DNA of 51,584 nt, from contig JANNVX010000017.1 in NCBI GenBank assembly GCA_031414595.1, positions 1-51,584 of the forward strand, given 5' to 3'. The translations under genes were made by a program, and so were the position numbers. Positions within the stretch are counted from its first letter, which is position 1. Each line of letters begins with the position of its first letter. Shown piece by piece: positions 47,855 through 51,584 of this stretch. The stretch comes from Deinococcales bacterium. Lineage in GTDB: Bacteria > Deinococcota > Deinococci > Deinococcales > JAAFIG01. The notes under the pieces are model-generated. The model saw only the letters and a list, made by a program, of their open reading frames with translations, did not search any database and had not been told where the DNA came from.

Positions 47855-48622
47855 CTTGCCAATAAATTTGGCTGGACGCTTCTCTAAAAACGCCGTCACA
47901 CCTTCCTTAAAGTCATGGCTGACACCGGCAATGTCTTGAAGTTGCCCTTCGTACTCGAGGGCTTCTTCAAAAGTGCTGGTCATGGCTTTATTTAAGGCGC
48001 GTTTGGTCAGTCCAATGGTTAAAGTTGGACCCGCCGCCAGTTTTTCTGCCAGTTCGGTGACTCGAGCCATAAAGTCTGCGTCTGGATAAACCCGTTCACA
48101 CAGCCCCATGGCGTAGGCATCTTCGGCTTTGACTTTTTCGGCATTGATCATTAAATCAAAAGCACGGTTGTAACCCACCAAACGCGGTAAGAACCATGTG
48201 CTGCCCGCATCTGGAATTAAGGCAATCCCACTGAAGGCTTCAACAAACACGGCACTCTCGGCAAAAACCCGAACATCCCCAGCCAAAGCGATACTTGCCC
48301 CAGCCCCAGCCGCCATGCCATTAACGGCGGTTACAACTGGCTTAGCAATTGAACGCATCCTCGAGACGACGGGTCTAAAAGTTCTGTCCAAATGCTCTTT
48401 TAAGCTGCCACGAATCCCAGCTTTTAAGTCAGCCCCACTACAAAACCCACGCCCGTTACCCGTGACCACAATACAACGCACGTTTTCGTCGCGTTCGGCT
48501 TGGGTCAGGGCTTGCGCCATTGCCGAAAGCATTTCTTCGTTGGCGGCATTTAAGGACTCAGGGCGGTTCATCGCCAAATAAAAAACGTTGTTCTCGAGCC
48601 GAGTAGCAATTGTTTCAGACAT
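47852..48622 (-). CDS. Enoyl-CoA hydratase/isomerase (PaaG-like)
   Basis: RGFCSGADL, AAGAGASIAL, IALIPDAGSTW. Confidence 0.92.
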   Translation of the reverse strand: MSETIATRLENNVFYLAMNRPESLNAANEEMLSAMAQALTQAERDENVRCIVVTGNGRGFCSGADLKAGIRGSLKEHLDRTFRPVVSRMRSIAKPVVTAVNGMAAGAGASIALAGDVRVFAESAVFVEAFSGIALIPDAGSTWFLPRLVGYNRAFDLMINAEKVKAEDAYAMGLCERVYPDADFMARVTELAEKLAAGPTLTIGLTKRALNKAMTSTFEEALEYEGQLQDIAGVSHDFKEGVTAFLEKRPAKFIGK

Positions 48623-48680
48623 TATAGAACTCCTTAAAGAATAGAGGAAAGACGCGAATCATGGATGGATAAGGATTTAT

Positions 48681-49682
48681 TTAATCGTACTCCTCGAGTT
48701 GCAGGGCTTGCACAGGTGGGTCACGTAAATCATACTCGAGACGTTGCCGAATGACCGAAGGAAGTAATGGCAATGTGCCAAGCGATTCAAGTTTAACCCA
48801 CGTTGGAACATACAAATTGGTTGCGGTTTGTTTCTCGAGTAGTTCAGGGGCATCAAAGCTAAGTTTGGCTTCTCCACTGATGTACTCTGCCAGAAAATAA
48901 TGTGCCACACGCTGACTGTTAGGATTGTATGACTGATAAAGTTTTTGTTTTAAGCTAAACTCCAAACTGGTTTCCTCGAGTAATTCTCGAATCGCGCTTT
49001 GTTCAAGAGTTTCATTGGCTTCGGTACTGCCACCAGGAATCACAAAATAAGTCCCACGATTTGGTTTATGGCGCTGCATCAGCAATACCTCGGGATTTGG
49101 GTTGTACCTGACAATAAAACCACCGGCTCGGGTGCGTTGCCCATGGGCTGAACTGGTTTGTTGCCCATGGGTTGAGGCTCGAGTTAGTTCTTTGCCTAGA
49201 ATCGTGTACGGCACAAGTCCGGGCGTAAAGTCAACCGAGTCGAGTAAAGTCTGATAGCCATTTTTACGATAAAACTCGAGGGCTGCCGTGTTATTGACTT
49301 GGGTACTCAGTGCAATTTTTGGGGATATCACCGTTTTTAGAAGCGCATCGTGCAACGCCTGAGCTATGCCTTGCCGCCTTGCCGCTTTGAGAACCCCAAG
49401 TTCGACCAAGCACCAAGTTTGCGAAAGATTCACCAAGCCAAGCAAGCGATCATGCCACCACTGCCCAGCATCAACCACCGAACCAAAAGCAAAACCTTGG
49501 ACCACCCCAAATTCATCTCGAGCCAAGAAACCACGCCACTGCGGGAATGTTGTTTGGCGCAAGAAAAACTCGATACTTGCAGCCATTGGTTCGGTATTGC
49601 CACCCCACACACGCTGATAGACACTGACCACCTCAAAAAAGGCTGGGGTATGCGGATAGAACGGCTCGAGAACAAAAGACAT
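48681..49682 (-). CDS. GNAT acetyltransferase - NUDIX hydrolase fusion
   Basis: ELGV..AARRQGIA, NTAALEFYRKNGY; Nudix box GGSTEANETLEQSAIRELLEETSL. Confidence 0.85.
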   Translation of the reverse strand: MSFVLEPFYPHTPAFFEVVSVYQRVWGGNTEPMAASIEFFLRQTTFPQWRGFLARDEFGVVQGFAFGSVVDAGQWWHDRLLGLVNLSQTWCLVELGVLKAARRQGIAQALHDALLKTVISPKIALSTQVNNTAALEFYRKNGYQTLLDSVDFTPGLVPYTILGKELTRASTHGQQTSSAHGQRTRAGGFIVRYNPNPEVLLMQRHKPNRGTYFVIPGGSTEANETLEQSAIRELLEETSLEFSLKQKLYQSYNPNSQRVAHYFLAEYISGEAKLSFDAPELLEKQTATNLYVPTWVKLESLGTLPLLPSVIRQRLEYDLRDPPVQALQLEEYD

Positions 49683-49705
49683 AAAAGTAGAAGGTATCTT
49701 AAATG

Positions 49706-49735
49706 AAAAACGGCAACCAGAATTGATTGCCGTTT
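49706..49735 (-). terminator. Terminator downstream of the tRNA 3' fragment
   Basis: AAACGGCAA...TTGCCGTTT with T-run on the minus strand. Confidence 0.6.
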
Positions 49736-49743
49736 AGCGTCTT

Positions 49744-49788
49744 TGGTGGAGGTGGAGGGATTCGAACCCACGACATCCTGCTTGCAAA
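49744..49788 (-). other. 3' half of tRNA-Ala(TGC): att-site duplication of an integrated element
   Basis: Minus strand TTTGCAAGCAGGATGTCGTGGGTTCGAATCCCTCCACCTCCACCA (anticodon loop, T-arm, CCA); no D-arm or 5' acceptor upstream. Confidence 0.85.
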
Positions 49789-50313
49789 GAAGCTAAGGCG
49801 CGTACTGTACAGTGTTTTCTTGTGTCTGGTAGTGCGTTCCTTGTTTTATGTGGTGTTGCCTTATGTTGTCTCTTGTTGCCTGTCCTGCGGTCAGTTCTGC
49901 GGTCAAAAGTAGCTCGAGAAGAATTTTTAGAAAATTGACACAGGTTATAAAAATGTTGCTGGGTACTTTCACGCTTGGTTTTAATCATCTTAAAATTTCT
50001 ACATCGTGCTTTGCGGTTTGGTTTGAATCTATTACTTATCACTAAATAAATCAACATTGTCATACACGACTTAAAATGAAACTAAGCCACTTGAAAAACC
50101 TTAGGCTTTCGCATACAGTTACCCCAAGATGTGACATACCACAACACCTTAAAAAAACCCAGTCAATACACTATAAAACGTGGTGACACCAAACAAAACA
50201 CCGAAAACTCAGTAGCGCTAGGTCTGATCAACTCAACGCGCTACCGAGACCCCAAACAAAAGGGTGTAATCAAATTACACCTAACCGACCCCAAGGGGAA
50301 AGGTAGGAAAAAT

Positions 50314-50502
50314 ATGAACCAATCGGAGAGCCAAGTCCCGAAACTCGCGTACAGCGTGAAAGAATTCGGGCAAGCCGTGGGCATCGGGCGTAGCCTCGCG
50401 TATCAACTTGTTCGGAGTGGCAAGATTAAAGTTCGGCAAGTTGGAGACCGTTTAATTATTCCAGCCAGTGCAGTTATGGAGTTTCTTGAGGGGTCAAAAT
50501 AA
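50314..50502 (+). CDS. Excisionase-like / HTH_17 DNA-binding protein
   Basis: KLAYSVKEFGQAVGIGRSLAYQLVRSGKIK..VG.R.IIP. Confidence 0.85.
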   Translation: MNQSESQVPKLAYSVKEFGQAVGIGRSLAYQLVRSGKIKVRQVGDRLIIPASAVMEFLEGSK

Positions 50503-50840
50503 TGTCCCGCGTCGTAAGCGCGGGACTCTCGAGGGCAAAACAATCTGATACCAAAAGTGTAGCACCTCGGGTCAAAAACTTAAAGCCGATTACTGACACC
50601 ATCACTTGGGAGCAATTGGGCGGCGGACTCGAGTACACCGAAGTACCCCTATACCCAGTTGCCCAAGTCCAACCACAGCCAGTGGTAACGAATCAGTGTA
50701 CTTGCGCTAACAGCCTTTCATGGTGCGGTGCGCGGCACAACCCATTTAGGATTGAATGCTCGAAATGCGGCGATTCTTGGAACGTGCCGCAATGGACACG
50801 CCACTTGGAGCAAGCTGTTGCAAGGACGGGTGTACTGTGA
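50502..50840 (+). CDS. Hypothetical protein with Cys motifs (possible Zn ribbon)
   Basis: CTC...C...CSKC; translationally coupled on both sides. Confidence 0.6.
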   Translation: MSRVVSAGLSRAKQSDTKSVAPRVKNLKPITDTITWEQLGGGLEYTEVPLYPVAQVQPQPVVTNQCTCANSLSWCGARHNPFRIECSKCGDSWNVPQWTRHLEQAVARTGVL

Positions 50841-51448
50841 CCCCAGTTTCTAACGAAGCACTCGAGCGATTACAGGCAGGGTGGTCAGTTATTCCATGCG
50901 GTAATGATAAAAAACCGCTTGGTGCGTGGAAAAAATACCAATCAAAACCAATGGACAGCCAAGAAGCACAAACCAGATTCAAAACTGCCCCCGCTTTTGC
51001 TGTGATATGCGGCAAAGTTTCTAACCTAACCATCTTGGATTTTGAACAAAGCAGTCTCGAGCATCCTGAAGTTAAAGCCTTGCTCGAGCTTGCCAAGGGC
51101 GCACCCATGGCAAGGAGCGGCGGCGGTGGTGTGCATTTGTTCTTTGCCCATACAGGTGAACGTAACAAGCCACTTGAAATAAACGGGCAACACATCGGAG
51201 ATATACGCGGCGAAGGTGGTTATATCGTGCTACCCCCAAGCGCTCACCCAAGCGGTAATAAATACCAATGGATAGCCAAGCCAGATGGCGACCTCAAGCC
51301 GATGAGCCGAAAAATAAAAACCATGCTCGATCAAATGACCAAACCCAAGGAACAGCCCAAGACCGCACCAAGTAGGGCAATAGAATCCAAATCCTCGAGC
51401 CAAGATGCAATAAGCAAATATGTACAGGCAGCCCTCGAGCAAGAATAG
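50837..51448 (+). CDS. Bifunctional DNA primase/polymerase (Prim-Pol), probably truncated
   Basis: GWSVIP..KKPL..WK, AVICG..SNLTILD, GGGVHLFF, DIRGEGGYIVLPPS.H.SG..Y.W. Confidence 0.85.
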   Translation: MTPVSNEALERLQAGWSVIPCGNDKKPLGAWKKYQSKPMDSQEAQTRFKTAPAFAVICGKVSNLTILDFEQSSLEHPEVKALLELAKGAPMARSGGGGVHLFFAHTGERNKPLEINGQHIGDIRGEGGYIVLPPSAHPSGNKYQWIAKPDGDLKPMSRKIKTMLDQMTKPKEQPKTAPSRAIESKSSSQDAISKYVQAALEQE

Positions 51449-51584
51449 ACGTTATCGGAAATTAGGATAAACTATTCGAGTGCTGCATTACGACAAACTC
51501 GTCAAGAATAAAACTCGCTTCTTAGCCCTGACTGGACTAACCAAAAAAGAATTCCAAGCCTTACTTCCATACTTTCAAGAAGCG

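Larger units (their letters stand above)
49789..51584. mobile_element. Edge of a tRNA-Ala-integrated element (phage-satellite/integrative-plasmid-like)
   Basis: att fragment, CTGCGGTCA direct repeats (49885, 49897), excisionase-like HTH, prim-pol. Confidence 0.75.

Noticed and set aside
49744-49820. Complete tRNA-Ala gene
   Set aside because: Only the anticodon loop through CCA is present; upstream sequence cannot form a D-arm or 5' acceptor strand.

Overview
Chromosomal window from a Deinococcota (Deinococcales-like) bacterium. This assignment is inferred from a DdrI-like Crp regulator, an rpmH-rnpA-yidD-yidC block with no adjacent dnaA, and many apparently leaderless genes. Most of the window is housekeeping or metabolic: P450, DeoR plus sugar ABC, M20 amidohydrolase, CM/DAHP synthase, tatAC, glmU, lgt, hisH, paired alpha-hydroxy-acid oxidases, Xre-RES TA, comM, acs, clpPX. 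The most notable element is a 1.1-kb Tn7-like mini-transposon (43424-44542). It has TG...CA ends, a perfect 5-bp TSD (CAGTT), nine repeated TnsB-type sites, a truncated TnsA gene and a minimal CRISPR array. A third, atypical repeat is followed by a 23-nt spacer matching the 5' end of the adjacent clpP gene, with a GTT PAM 64-69 bp from the insertion site. This looks like the deletion relic of an RNA-guided (CAST-like) transposon that homes to clpP; no cas gene remains. Other signals: massive over-representation of CTCGAG (HIP-like); a ~36-nt structured micro-element nested in REPs, MITEs and itself; a TPR-regulator/Cys-peptide signalling island; a Trp/Tyr leader-peptide attenuator; a cohesin/dockerin/pseudo-metalloprotease operon; and the edge of a tRNA-Ala-integrated satellite-like element.
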